The translations under genes and the position numbers were made by a program. Under the pieces are notes generated by a model. The model was not told the origin of the DNA. It was given only the letters and a program-made list of their open reading frames with translations, and did not search any database. A stretch of 64,000 bases of DNA, from positions 1-64,000 of the forward strand of contig JBHLMN010000010.1 in assembly GCA_048938105.1 (NCBI GenBank), given 5' to 3'. Position 1 is the stretch's first letter. The number at the start of each line of letters is the position of its first letter. Positions 49,339 through 60,025 of the stretch are shown in pieces. The stretch is from Promethearchaeota archaeon (GTDB taxonomy: Archaea; Asgardarchaeota; Heimdallarchaeia; Hodarchaeales; Hodarchaeaceae).

Positions 49339-50088
49339 ATGAGTATTTCATTGAACAAAGCATTTGGGGACAGTTTACTGGCATACTGGCGTGGCAATCT
49401 GGAAGCAAAGCATATCATAGAGCGGGATGATGGCTATAAACAAGAAATGCTAGTAGAATATCTTTTCAAGAATCACAATGAATGGCCTTTAGAGAAAGTT
49501 CGTTCACTTGAACATATTCCCTCAGGTTCAACTATTCTTGATGTGGGATGCGGTGTTGGAAGAATAGCTATTTATTTACAAAAAAAAGGACATAAAGTTG
49601 TTGGTTTGGATTCATGTCCAACAGCATTTCAGATCGCGAAAGCTCGAGGATTACAATATACATTTTTAGGGAATATCTTTGAACTAAAAAATTCACCGAT
49701 CTTTGATTCATTTGACACCATCTAAATGATGGGAAATAATTTTGGATTGTGTGGAGATATACCCAAAACAGAGAGGCTATTAAAAAGATTAAACTCTTTT
49801 CTTTCTCCAAATGGATTGCTTATTTTTTCTTGTCGTGACCCCTTCAATACTGACAATCCTTCTCATTTGACTTATCATGAACTTAACCGTAAGAAAGGAA
49901 AATCCCCAGGACTCGTACGAATTCGAATTCATTATCAAAATGCTATAGATAAATGGTGGAACCTTCTTCTTGTGGACGTTAATACCGTAATAAAAATCCT
50001 AGAAAACACAGAATACCAAAAAATCTCTATTTATCAGAATAATACTTCTCCTGTGTATTATATTGTAGCGAAGAAGTTGAAGTCCTGA
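49339..50088 (+). pseudogene. Class I SAM methyltransferase interrupted by an in-frame TAA
   Basis: ILDVGCGVGR in the first half. FDTI*MMGNNFG continues in the same frame after the TAA at 49723-49725. Confidence 0.85.
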
Positions 50089-50203
50089 ATTTCCCTGTTT
50101 ATATCCTCTTGCCCTATCTTATCAATCTTTGAATTCTCCTTATATTTTAACTCTGGAAGAAGAGGTCGGTATATTTCAGCAGTTGGATTAAAAACAACCA
50201 TTT

Positions 50204-51124
50204 TTATAGGTAAACTGAGTACAATTTCATTAAGCCTTCAATAAGAAAACCAAGAATACCTAAAATAATACAAGATTTCAACATCTTTTTCACAAGGGTT
50301 GCGTTTGAAATTATTTCTTCTTCTGTACGATTGAATAACAAATAACCGCAATAAAAAATCACTATATCAATGATTAATACAGTAAAAACGAAGATTGGAT
50401 TTATATAGTAATTCAGAAGAATCGGGAGGGGATCAACAAATATTAATACCAGTAATATCAGAAATCCAAGATTTCGTGCTGGCTTAACCCCGTACTTCAG
50501 GGCAACCGATTGGACATTCTTCAATTGATCCCCATGAACATCTTCAATATCCTTAATCACTTCTCTACCAACAATTAGTAAGAAGGCAAATATAACTGGA
50601 TAAATCATTGTTTCATAACTCTTTGTTAAAAATCCCCCGTAAATAAATGGGATAGCAGTAAGAAGTCCAATCATGATATTCCCCAAAAGACCAGATCGTT
50701 TAAAATAGATAGCATAAAGATAAAGAAGAATACCTCCAACAAGAGCAATGAAGGATGCTTGAATATTTATTATAAAACTGCTATATATATTAAAAAGAGG
50801 AACCGCGATACCAACAATAAAAAGAATGGTTGAATATCCTTTAGCTTGACCTATCGTCATTAATCCAGAAGGGAGAGGGCGATGGGGAGCATTTATCTTA
50901 TCGATTTCAATATCAAAAACATCATTTATTGCATATCCTCCAACAGCAATCACTGATGTTGCTAAATAACCTAACACAATTCCAACAATTTGACTTTCAC
51001 TTAATGGTAATTGATTTTCACTAACTGCTGCGATTGCACCTATTACAACCGCAAAACCTGATAAAAAAGAATTTAAAGGGCGACTGATTAAAAAAAACGC
51101 TAATAAAAGACGTTTTATGTTCAT
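50204..51124 (-). CDS. UbiA-family prenyltransferase, digeranylgeranylglyceryl phosphate synthase-like
   Basis: INDVFDIEIDKINAPHRPLPSG, LYA..FKR.GL.GN and REVIKDIEDV.GD. Confidence 0.92.
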   Translation of the reverse strand: MNIKRLLLAFFLISRPLNSFLSGFAVVIGAIAAVSENQLPLSESQIVGIVLGYLATSVIAVGGYAINDVFDIEIDKINAPHRPLPSGLMTIGQAKGYSTILFIVGIAVPLFNIYSSFIINIQASFIALVGGILLYLYAIYFKRSGLLGNIMIGLLTAIPFIYGGFLTKSYETMIYPVIFAFLLIVGREVIKDIEDVHGDQLKNVQSVALKYGVKPARNLGFLILLVLIFVDPLPILLNYYINPIFVFTVLIIDIVIFYCGYLLFNRTEEEIISNATLVKKMLKSCIILGILGFLIEGLMKLYSVYL

Positions 51125-51255
51125 AAAACACAGCTCAAGTCATTTTTCAGACTTAAGTGAACTCGATCTCACTTTTTTTTAAACTTGTGTACTCTTAGTG
51201 AAAACTAGCACTGTTAAATGAGACAATAAAAAAAGAGAAAAAAAATGGAGGAAGA

Positions 51256-52197
51256 CTACTCCTCATTGTTTTCTTCTTTCTTTTTCTTTACAGGGAACGG
51301 TTTTACTCCATAAACACCTACTGGAGGTAAGTTGCCACCTGATCTTCCTTCAGTACCATGTGTGAATCCTGCTATTGGGATATTCGCTGGAATTAGCATG
51401 ATGGTTGCGCCTCCTTCCGTAGCGGCCTCAAACAAGAGATTAATCCACCTTAGCTCCATAGCAGCTGGATTATCTAAGTATTGGTTTGCAGCCTCAATCA
51501 TACCTTTGGCAGCTTCCTTTTCAGCTTGAGAAAGAGTTATACGGGCTCTTCGCTCTCGTTCTGCTTCTGCCTGTCGTGATATAGCTTCTTGTAATCGGCC
51601 TGGAACGACCACATCCCGAATTTCAACAGACATGATCTTTATTCCCCAGTTCTCTGTTTTTTCATCTACTAATTCTTGCATATGATGTGCTATTTTTTCT
51701 CGTTCTGCAAGTACTTCATCAAGTTCCACTTGCCCTGTTACTTCTCGTAAGGTTGTTTGGGCTACCCACTGGGTTGCGGACTGATATTGCTCTACTTCAA
51801 GGATTGTTTTTTCAACATCTATTACCCTGAAGAAAAGCACTGCATCAATCGAGACTGGAACATTATCTCTTGTTAAACTCTGTTCGGAGCGGAAAGAATA
51901 GGTTTGGATACGTGTTGAGATAACTGACGGTATTTTATCTATCCCAGGGATGATCCAAAAGAGTCCTGGCCCTCGAAGCCCAGTATAGCGCCCGAGACGT
52001 AAAACTGGTGCTCGCTCCCACTCTTTTATAATTCTTATTCCACTGAGAAGATAGATAGCAATTAGAATAATGGCAATAATAACTATAATTCCTAGAAACA
52101 CTTCATCTATAGCTTGCCCGAAAAAATTTATTGAACTCACTTCTATCATCTTTTTAGTTGTTTTTATGGTAAACTTCCCGAGTGAAGATAAAAGCAA
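51256..52197 (-). CDS. Stomatin-like SPFH (slipin) protein
   Basis: TM helix, then EWERAPVLRLGR..GPGLFWIIP, TRDNV, AQTTLR and QAEAERERRA. Start probably at MIEVSS. Confidence 0.92.
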   Translation of the reverse strand: MLLSSLGKFTIKTTKKMIEVSSINFFGQAIDEVFLGIIVIIAIILIAIYLLSGIRIIKEWERAPVLRLGRYTGLRGPGLFWIIPGIDKIPSVISTRIQTYSFRSEQSLTRDNVPVSIDAVLFFRVIDVEKTILEVEQYQSATQWVAQTTLREVTGQVELDEVLAEREKIAHHMQELVDEKTENWGIKIMSVEIRDVVVPGRLQEAISRQAEAERERRARITLSQAEKEAAKGMIEAANQYLDNPAAMELRWINLLFEAATEGGATIMLIPANIPIAGFTHGTEGRSGGNLPPVGVYGVKPFPVKKKKEENNEE

Positions 52198-52313
52198 TTC
52201 TTATTTAAATTAATGGTAGTGGAACTTAGTATACCCTCTCTTGAAGTAACTTAAAAAATGGAATATCATAAATAATGGCATGAAATTAAATCTAGGTTGA
52301 AGAAGTTGTTAAA

Positions 52314-52727
52314 ATGTCTTCTAATCAGTTTACAGTTGAATTCTCGATCTTTGGAGATAATAGAGTCGGCCGTGTAACTTTAGTACGGCAATTATCTCCT
52401 AAAACTGTGGCATTAATTCGTTATCAGTTACGACAGCCAATCCAATCGCGTGTAGTTGTTCGTAATGGAGAGGTAGCCATACCATTCAAAATTGGTCGAG
52501 CTGGACCAGAGAAAGCGAAGCGAGATGTCAAGCGAGGGGAAGTAGCCTATTGGCCACAGAGTCAGACACTTATCATTTTTTTGAAAGAGAAACAAGTGGA
52601 TTATCCTGTAAATATTATCGGGACGACAGATGTCGGAAGTTTGAGTTTTTTCGAACAACTTACAATTGGAAAATCTATCAAACTAGAAATGATTAAACCA
52701 GCTGTTGATGAAGATAATTATCTTTGA
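52314..52727 (+). CDS. Cyclophilin-like fold protein (DUF369/TM1367-like)
   Basis: LSPKTV...P, G.E.....V..GEVAYWP....L.IF and PVNIIG. Confidence 0.8.
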   Translation: MSSNQFTVEFSIFGDNRVGRVTLVRQLSPKTVALIRYQLRQPIQSRVVVRNGEVAIPFKIGRAGPEKAKRDVKRGEVAYWPQSQTLIIFLKEKQVDYPVNIIGTTDVGSLSFFEQLTIGKSIKLEMIKPAVDEDNYL

Positions 52728-52733
52728 TTAAAG

Positions 52734-53465
52734 CTATTGCCCGAAAAACAATCGTTCTGCAAGCCGAATTGGTAGCCCTACTCGCTGAATTTCCCGCGCG
52801 ACTTCTCGTATATCGTATTCAACACGAATCCAATCAAGTCGCATCGCGGAATCGGGATCAATTTCTATAATTCCTACTGAGGCTCTTGGATCGTTATCTC
52901 GAGGTTGACCAACAGATCCTGGATTAAAAATGACTTTACCACTTTTCTTACTTTGGTAAATAAATGGAATATGTGTATGTCCAATTACGAGTACATGGTT
53001 CTCCCCGATCATATCCAGTAGCTCATCCTTTCGTTCTTTTGGATCCTCTGGATAAACATAGTCAGCCAAATAATCTTTTGGCGAAGCATGAGTAAGGTAA
53101 ATCTTGACACCACGTTCTTCGATCTTGAGATACTCATTTTTTGCTAAGATTGACAAGAATGTCTTGTTATAGGTTGTTAGCTCGTCAAACGTCCAATGAA
53201 CTGCTTCAACCGCCCATTTTTTAAATCCGTCGGCATTTCCAGTTGCGCAAGCGACATCATGGTTACCAATCACACCGACAAACGACTCTGCAATTTTACA
53301 CATTTCATTGGGATAAGGACCGTATCCTACGATATCTCCTAAACAAATAACATGATCAATATTCTTCCCATAAACTTCTGAGATTTTATCGTGTACAGCA
53401 TAATACGCAGGAAGGTTACTATGAAGATCAGCAATTATTAAGATTCGTAAAGTACGGGTTCCCAT
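52734..53465 (-). CDS. Metallophosphoesterase (calcineurin-like)
   Basis: DLHSN, GDIVGYGP.PNE, GNHD, GHTH and NPGSVGQPRD. Confidence 0.93.
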   Translation of the reverse strand: MGTRTLRILIIADLHSNLPAYYAVHDKISEVYGKNIDHVICLGDIVGYGPYPNEMCKIAESFVGVIGNHDVACATGNADGFKKWAVEAVHWTFDELTTYNKTFLSILAKNEYLKIEERGVKIYLTHASPKDYLADYVYPEDPKERKDELLDMIGENHVLVIGHTHIPFIYQSKKSGKVIFNPGSVGQPRDNDPRASVGIIEIDPDSAMRLDWIRVEYDIREVAREIQRVGLPIRLAERLFFGQ

Positions 53466-53557
53466 ATAACACCAACAAATAGTTTAGATATGAACCTATT
53501 TAATTTAAGTCCTATATTATTCCTTTTTATAAAAAAGGAGGAAAAGGGAGGAATCGC

Positions 53558-54220
53558 TTAATCTGTGGTTAATATATGAACTTCAACTTCCTTTTCAGTT
53601 AGAGGTTCTTTTTTCCCTAATGCTGAGGTCATAATGTCTAAAACTAATTTCTTTGCAGTTTCTACATCAAGACCGACTTTATATTGTTTTCGTAAAGCAT
53701 CAATCACCCGCTCATTACCGCTACCTGCAGCATAAGCATTTACTGCGAAGAATGAACCACCATTATCAACAAAGAAAAGCTGTGCTTCCTTATCTACTGG
53801 ACTAAATCCAGCAAGAATTAAAGCTGTACCAAAAGGCCTTAATCCACCTGCAATGGTATGTCGAGCCATTAGATCACCCAATCGTGATGCTAATGCACGA
53901 ACAGAAATCTTTTCACCATAAATGAGGCGATGTTGTTGAGCAATAAGTCGAGCTTGCCCAATGAGAAGATTAGAATCAGTAGATAAGCCTGAAGCGACAA
54001 CAAAAAGATTTACATCGATTTCTTGTATCTTGCCTGGCCTAACTACGAGAGGATCAAAAAGTGTTTCACCTGCTAATAATATTGTCTTCTCATCAAGTAT
54101 CATACCGACAGCAGCAGCTCCTCTTTCCGAAGCTTTACGAGCGTAAGAGAGTTGAACCAGCTCTCCATCAGGCGACCAAATAGCCGCACTTTTATCGTAT
54201 GGAACACGAGAATCATACAT
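53558..54220 (-). CDS. psmA: Proteasome alpha-type subunit (divergent)
   Basis: YD....WSPDG.L.Q..YA, SGL..D, GLRPFG.ALILAG and A.A.GSG. Confidence 0.88.
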   Translation of the reverse strand: MYDSRVPYDKSAAIWSPDGELVQLSYARKASERGAAAVGMILDEKTILLAGETLFDPLVVRPGKIQEIDVNLFVVASGLSTDSNLLIGQARLIAQQHRLIYGEKISVRALASRLGDLMARHTIAGGLRPFGTALILAGFSPVDKEAQLFFVDNGGSFFAVNAYAAGSGNERVIDALRKQYKVGLDVETAKKLVLDIMTSALGKKEPLTEKEVEVHILTTD

Positions 54221-54232
54221 TCATAATTCACC

Positions 54233-54904
54233 TCATAGATCTATATGAATTTCTTCTGCAACTGCCTCTTTAGTGCTGAAGATTAATCCATCAATACCAT
54301 TTCCCGTAGCAATGTCACGGCCGATAGCCATTTTCAACGCATTAATGCCTAGCTCTTTTGCTTTAGCTTTTGTTAAATCTGGTTTCCATGATGCTTCAAG
54401 AACACCCATTGCCAGAAGAGTACCAGACCCAATAGCTATATAATCCTCCTCTGAAAGGGATCCACTCGGATCAAGTACATAAACATGAGACCCACGACGG
54501 TCCACTCCTCCGACAAGGAGTTGAACCCACCACGGGGTATACCTTCTAAAACCCCCATGTATGATTGTAGCCAATAAGCTTGCCGCAACTTTAATACTTG
54601 GTTGAAAATTGTTCTCTAATTCATAGAGACGAAGCTCTGATTTCATTACGTCAATCAAGGTTTGGGCGTCAGAAACTAAGCCAGCGATGCCCATACCTGT
54701 ATATTCATTTAATTTATGCACTTTCTTTGCTCGTTTACTAGCAACGAAAGTTCCTGCTGATGCTCGTCGGTCAGCAACAAGTATCATTCCATCTACATAT
54801 TTTAAAGCGAGACCTGTTGTACCTGTTACAAGTTGCATCTGATTTGGATTTCCAGTATTATACATTGGATTAGTTGGAAAATTCACGTTAAATTTCTCCT
54901 TCAA
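54233..54904 (-). CDS. psmB: Proteasome beta-type subunit with propeptide
   Basis: TG/TTGL cleavage site (Thr1), ADRRAS.G.FVASK..KKV, AG.VSDAQ, GGVD and GSG. Confidence 0.93.
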   Translation of the reverse strand: MKEKFNVNFPTNPMYNTGNPNQMQLVTGTTGLALKYVDGMILVADRRASAGTFVASKRAKKVHKLNEYTGMGIAGLVSDAQTLIDVMKSELRLYELENNFQPSIKVAASLLATIIHGGFRRYTPWWVQLLVGGVDRRGSHVYVLDPSGSLSEEDYIAIGSGTLLAMGVLEASWKPDLTKAKAKELGINALKMAIGRDIATGNGIDGLIFSTKEAVAEEIHIDL

Positions 54905-55127
54905 TTACATTTTTCTTTTTATATTAAGTTTTTCTGACTTATTTAAGCTTATTTAGCTAAAATAATATATTGACTGGCTTTTAATGGATATTACCAATAG
55001 GCTTTTTTCATATTACCAAATTGTATAAAATTCCATGAAAAATTGTCAATTAATGAAATTACTACAAATTTCATATCATAGCTTGAAAATTCATGGATAA
55101 TCTTGTAAATTTGATAAACTTACTCAT

Positions 55128-58091
55128 TTAGAGTTCCAGTGAGAGTGCTGGTTTTCCAGGCTGAGCTCTAGGAGCTCTGTTTAATGGATCTTCAAAGTCA
55201 TCGATTTCAGCTATATATACAGCGATAGGACATTTGAATACCGTTTCCATATAATCTTTATACCCTTTAACTGCCTCCAGTTCTTTGTAAGATCCCAAGA
55301 AGTCTTGTCGAAAAAATTTTGAATCCCCACGAATGTTTTGCAATTCTTTAGCTATTACTTTCATCTTTGAGGAAAACTTTGGCTTTTTTTTCAATTGTTT
55401 CATGATTTTCCCCATATCAAACGCATCGTCACCCACAATGTCTCGTACAGCTGTGTATAATTCTTGTTTCCACTCTGGTGCAATATAGATAGAGATATTA
55501 GTGGGATTCGTTCTTTTTAGCTCAATGATCGATTGGATATCCTCAATTAGATTATTAATGAAAGACATTTGCCTATTTAATATTGTTCCTTCAGCTGAAA
55601 CGTCTATCGAGGGGATCAAACGCAGAGAACAAAACTCTGAATTACCCATTCGTTGATTTAACTCTTCGCAAATGTGAGGTATCACGGGACTTAAGACAAT
55701 AATCCAGGGATCCATGATTAAACGTAAAGCAGCATGTTTTTCAGACGTTGGAATCCCAACTGATGTTTTTACATAAAATTCAACATCACGCAGCATTAAA
55801 TGAAAACCATGTGAGACATAACCACGTCCGTCAAATGCTTCTATTTGATCAATAGAGTCTCTTAAGTGTTGATGACATGTTGACACAAACGCACGAGTCA
55901 TGAATGATGCAGTTTCCAAATCAAGTTGGTCTGTAGTCGGATTATTAATTATCGAGTTCGCAAGAGTCCAAAACTTTCGTATCCTAGATACAAGAGTTGT
56001 CACCCCTTCTTCAGTCCAATTTAGTACAGTGTCAGCAGAACCAGCTGAAACTAAATAAAGACGCGTCACATCAACAGAATACCTTTTTGGTAAGTGAGCA
56101 ATTGGAATGACATTCCCAGCAGACTTGGACATTTTTTTCCCCTCACGGATTAACATTTCATTTAATGAAAAATTCTTCAACCAATGTTTTTCAGGAAAAA
56201 TCGCAGCATGATGGAATATAGCAAACGATAAATGATTACTTATGTGACCAATAGCTGTATGACGTAGATCATTTGGGTACCAATATTCGAATTCTTCACG
56301 CATACTCTTCAACAGTCTTGAATCAATCTTAGACTCTGTTGAGACTTTTTTGACACTTCCTTTACCTAAAAAGATGAAATCGAATACTGCAGGTATTAAC
56401 TTATCAGAAGTGATTTTATTTTCATGAATTTGGCGAATTATTGTGTAAAATGCCATATAAATTACGCTGTCTGATAAAGACTCAATGATCCATCCTTGAC
56501 CTTTTGTCAGAGGAAATTCTGTTCCTAAACCTCTTTTTCTAACGCATGGTCGGCGATCTAGCCAATTAAAAGTACTTTCAAAAGAACGGCGATATTTCTC
56601 TGGAATTATTGTCATCTGATTTAAAGCGCGCCAAGCAGTTTTTTTCCATTCCATATCACCATAATTCAGGAAATATTGATCGGGGATAACTGCCACTATT
56701 ATTTCGCCGCCACACCTGCAAATTGCTTTCCGTGAGACTTCATAAAAGGAACTGGCACGTCCTTCAGCTTTCAATGTCTCTGCAACTTTATCTTTGGCTA
56801 GTTCAACACGTAATCCCACAAATTCCTCTGTGTTTTCCATCATGATTCCATTATAGAATTCAGTAGAATATATCTCTTGGGTTGCAGATTCTAGTTTTTC
56901 GACATCATTCTGGTTTTTTACATCCATTCTTTCACAGATCTCAACTGCTGGAAATTCACCGTACGATTCCAGAGAAATGAGAGCAATAGGCTTCAGATCT
57001 TTAACTTTTTTCTCTAAGCCTTCATATGGTTCAAGAAGAGAGGGATCTATTTGAAGATCTCTTAATGCAATATAATCGTAAGGCGCATGTGCAGGTACAG
57101 AATATACTACGCCTGATGCATGGTTAGGATCCACAAATGTTGCTGGCAGGATTGGAAGAGGACGATCAGGAACTCGGGGGGCAAAAGCTTCTTGTCCTAT
57201 CAATTCAGATCCAGGAAATTCATCTAAGACGTTTATCTTATGATTCTGATAATGTAGCTTTTTTTCTGCTTCTGAAGAGACAATCCAAACTTCTCCATCT
57301 ATTTCAATTCTTTTGTAGATAGCTGTTGGATTTAACCAGATATTAGTGGCTCCATATATTGTTTCAGGACGAAAAGATGCAGCAACCAAATATTCTTCCC
57401 CTAAGGCGAATTTTAAGCCAACAAATTCTTGAACTTCAACTTTTTCAATATCTGCGTCTTTGATGTCATCTTCACCAACCGCATTCTGACAATTCAAACA
57501 CCATAAGATAGGAAATTCCCCTTTAACAATTAAGTTTTTAGCGATGATATGACTATACTGCCATTCAATGAATTTATTGTATTCTGGGTCTCCAGTAGTG
57601 AATTGCCGATGTGTATCTAAGGAATATCCCATGGCTTTAAAGTCGTTAATCATATTTTTTGCAAAAAACATTGCGACATTCATGGGATTTACAAAGGACT
57701 TTACTATTTCAGAGACTTTTGTATCATCAGTTTCATAAATCTTAACGTAGTCAGTATATTTTTCAACCTCTTTTTTATCTCCTGCTTCAATCTTTGCTGA
57801 AACAGACAGAACTGGTGTTCCAGTTATATGGAAAGCCATTGGCCACAATGTATTATAACCTTGTTGCCGTTTAAACCTAGCAAATAGATCTCCTAACGTA
57901 TACGTCCGAGTATGGCCAACATGGAGAGCTCCTGAAGCATAAGGATAAGCAACTGTAACGAAATATTTTGGTTTTGATTTATCTACAATTGCTTGGAAAA
58001 TATCCTTCTCATCCCATTGTTTCTGCCATTTTCGTTCTACAGATCGTAAGGTTTCAAAGAATTCTTCTATAGATAGCTGCTGTTCACTCAC
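55128..58091 (-). CDS. leuS: Leucyl-tRNA synthetase (archaeal type)
   Basis: YPY.SG.LHVGH, RPETIYGATN, G.V.SVPAHAPYD, IESLSDS.IY, KMSKS.GN and P.KPA. Confidence 0.96.
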   Translation of the reverse strand: MSEQQLSIEEFFETLRSVERKWQKQWDEKDIFQAIVDKSKPKYFVTVAYPYASGALHVGHTRTYTLGDLFARFKRQQGYNTLWPMAFHITGTPVLSVSAKIEAGDKKEVEKYTDYVKIYETDDTKVSEIVKSFVNPMNVAMFFAKNMINDFKAMGYSLDTHRQFTTGDPEYNKFIEWQYSHIIAKNLIVKGEFPILWCLNCQNAVGEDDIKDADIEKVEVQEFVGLKFALGEEYLVAASFRPETIYGATNIWLNPTAIYKRIEIDGEVWIVSSEAEKKLHYQNHKINVLDEFPGSELIGQEAFAPRVPDRPLPILPATFVDPNHASGVVYSVPAHAPYDYIALRDLQIDPSLLEPYEGLEKKVKDLKPIALISLESYGEFPAVEICERMDVKNQNDVEKLESATQEIYSTEFYNGIMMENTEEFVGLRVELAKDKVAETLKAEGRASSFYEVSRKAICRCGGEIIVAVIPDQYFLNYGDMEWKKTAWRALNQMTIIPEKYRRSFESTFNWLDRRPCVRKRGLGTEFPLTKGQGWIIESLSDSVIYMAFYTIIRQIHENKITSDKLIPAVFDFIFLGKGSVKKVSTESKIDSRLLKSMREEFEYWYPNDLRHTAIGHISNHLSFAIFHHAAIFPEKHWLKNFSLNEMLIREGKKMSKSAGNVIPIAHLPKRYSVDVTRLYLVSAGSADTVLNWTEEGVTTLVSRIRKFWTLANSIINNPTTDQLDLETASFMTRAFVSTCHQHLRDSIDQIEAFDGRGYVSHGFHLMLRDVEFYVKTSVGIPTSEKHAALRLIMDPWIIVLSPVIPHICEELNQRMGNSEFCSLRLIPSIDVSAEGTILNRQMSFINNLIEDIQSIIELKRTNPTNISIYIAPEWKQELYTAVRDIVGDDAFDMGKIMKQLKKKPKFSSKMKVIAKELQNIRGDSKFFRQDFLGSYKELEAVKGYKDYMETVFKCPIAVYIAEIDDFEDPLNRAPRAQPGKPALSLEL

Positions 58092-58376
58092 TGCATTTCA
58101 CCACATTTCTCATACTTTCTAGTTCCATTCTTATCTGCTTCGCAGCACACAGGCATTAAAGCAGGAGAAATTGAAAAAAAATCTGCAGAGGTTGACTGAA
58201 AACGTTCTCTGAAAAAGTGAAATGAGATTTCATATAGGGAGAACGTAATTCCTCATTATAATTACCTCATCCCTGCACTCCTTTCTTGGTACTTATAAAT
58301 ATTTGGAATACATCAATTGTAGCTTCTATTGAACGATTTTTTTCTCTGAAGTAATACTCCTCACCCATCAAGTACA

Positions 58377-58403
58377 GAAAAGAGAGAGAAAAAAAAAAGA
58401 AAA
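58377..58403 (-). terminator. Oligo-T terminator (minus strand)
   Basis: A-run on the plus strand downstream of the hsp20/wHTH genes. Confidence 0.55.
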
Positions 58404-58437
58404 CTGAAATGAGAATGTAAATCCTTCGTAAAATCAC

Positions 58438-59070
58438 TTAGTTTGCTAATGATGTAGCAGTTTCATTAAAGTTCACTAAGATTTGATAATCCAATAGAAA
58501 CTGTTGAAGAATATGTAAGAATTTATTAACAGCTGCTTTTGACACGTTGTAGGCCATTATTTCAATCTTTGAGGCTGTGATTGATGAAATAAGAATTTTA
58601 GAGTGGTCATCTGCGTGAATCCATTCTAATCGCCCCTTTCCGTTTGTATAGTAATGTCCTATAAATCGAAAATCACCAAAATATTTTCCAGCTAATTTAC
58701 TGATAATACTCTTCACTGGGAAATCACGATCGGTTGAAATAATGGTTAATTCTTGTTTCTTACTCGTATTCAAATTGGAATAGTCTAAGAATAGCTGTTG
58801 TTTATTATAATAATCACGAATCATCTCATAGGAATTACTGTCCAATCCATAACCCCCATCCGGATAACGTTCAATCAATTGATCTTCTTGCAGCCGTTCC
58901 AAAGCACGTGATAACTTCTGTTGATGAACATCCTTTAAAATTCGACGAAGCCCATTAAAACGGAATGAATAGTTTTTTTCTCGCAATGATAATTCTGAGA
59001 GGACATCTCTTTCGAGTCTTGTTAGGTATTCAGGGATAATTTCATCCTCTTCTTTATTTAAATTCTCCAT
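58438..59070 (-). CDS. Winged-helix domain protein
   Basis: LERDVL..L...FRFNGLRRIL..HQQKLSRALERL....LIER...GY.L. Confidence 0.7.
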   Translation of the reverse strand: MENLNKEEDEIIPEYLTRLERDVLSELSLREKNYSFRFNGLRRILKDVHQQKLSRALERLQEDQLIERYPDGGYGLDSNSYEMIRDYYNKQQLFLDYSNLNTSKKQELTIISTDRDFPVKSIISKLAGKYFGDFRFIGHYYTNGKGRLEWIHADDHSKILISSITASKIEIMAYNVSKAAVNKFLHILQQFLLDYQILVNFNETATSLAN

Positions 59071-59183
59071 TTTTTAACGCTTCCTTCATTTAACGCTTCC
59101 TGATCTTGACAGATCAGTTTTACTTAATATATAAAAAGATAAAGAAAATGGTTAACCAATATCTTTGAATTGAATTGGTCAGC

Positions 59184-59768
59184 CTAGTCAATCTTTACCC
59201 GAAACTTCTTTGATGAGTTCTTAATCTTCTTGCCTCGGATCTCAAGAACTCCATTATTAATGGAACTTTTTATGCTATTCACTTCTATTTTCGAAGGTAG
59301 TATGATCTTTTGATTCAACTCTTTACTCTCTGATTTCCCTGATAGTATAATTTCTGAACCTTCTTCATTTATATCTATTGTCAGATTTTCTTTAGTAAAT
59401 CCTGGTACTTCAGCTATTATTTTCAAATGCTTATCCTCATCAATGAAATCCACAAAATTCTCCTCAGAGGTTGAAGTTGCTTGAAGAAGTGGTTTAGAAA
59501 AAGCTTTAAGCGGGAATTGTACTTCAGGAAGTCCCTGTTTTCGACGATAGTCGTTCAGGTTTCCCCATTGACGAACTTCGGGCCGATAAGCTGTATCAGG
59601 TCCAATACGCATAGAATAACCAAAGGATATTGGCCCATCCTTATGGTACTCTGAAGGACTAGCCTGCATGAGAGAAGCAATCTCTTCTTCGAAAGAATGA
59701 ATCATATCCTCGAAATTAAAATTCCAAATATCATCAAAATATCGTTTTTTACGATTCATATTCATCAC
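59184..59768 (-). CDS. Archaeal small heat-shock protein Hsp20
   Basis: GP..FGYSMRIGPD..P.VRQWGN, IIAEVPG..KE and NNGVLEI. Confidence 0.92.
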   Translation of the reverse strand: MMNMNRKKRYFDDIWNFNFEDMIHSFEEEIASLMQASPSEYHKDGPISFGYSMRIGPDTAYRPEVRQWGNLNDYRRKQGLPEVQFPLKAFSKPLLQATSTSEENFVDFIDEDKHLKIIAEVPGFTKENLTIDINEEGSEIILSGKSESKELNQKIILPSKIEVNSIKSSINNGVLEIRGKKIKNSSKKFRVKID

Positions 59769-60025
59769 CCTGTTGATTTTTATTCAATATAAAAAATTCA
59801 CATTATGTTTATAAATTTTTTGATATGGGATTGGTTATGATTTCCTATTCTATGGATGTTATAAGATACAAAAAAGCCTTTTCCATCAAAATCAAAACAT
59901 GTGAATAAAAAAATTTCTATACAATTACTCTATGAATAGATAAATTAGCAATAATCCTTTTCATTTACGAAATAGATTTGTACACATCCAAATTTATTGC
60001 GTAAAATTCATTAGAACGGTATATC

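Noticed and set aside
58092-58260. T-box or attenuator leader peptide upstream of leuS
   Set aside because: No T-box consensus, and the short ORFs are not Leu-rich in a convincing arrangement.
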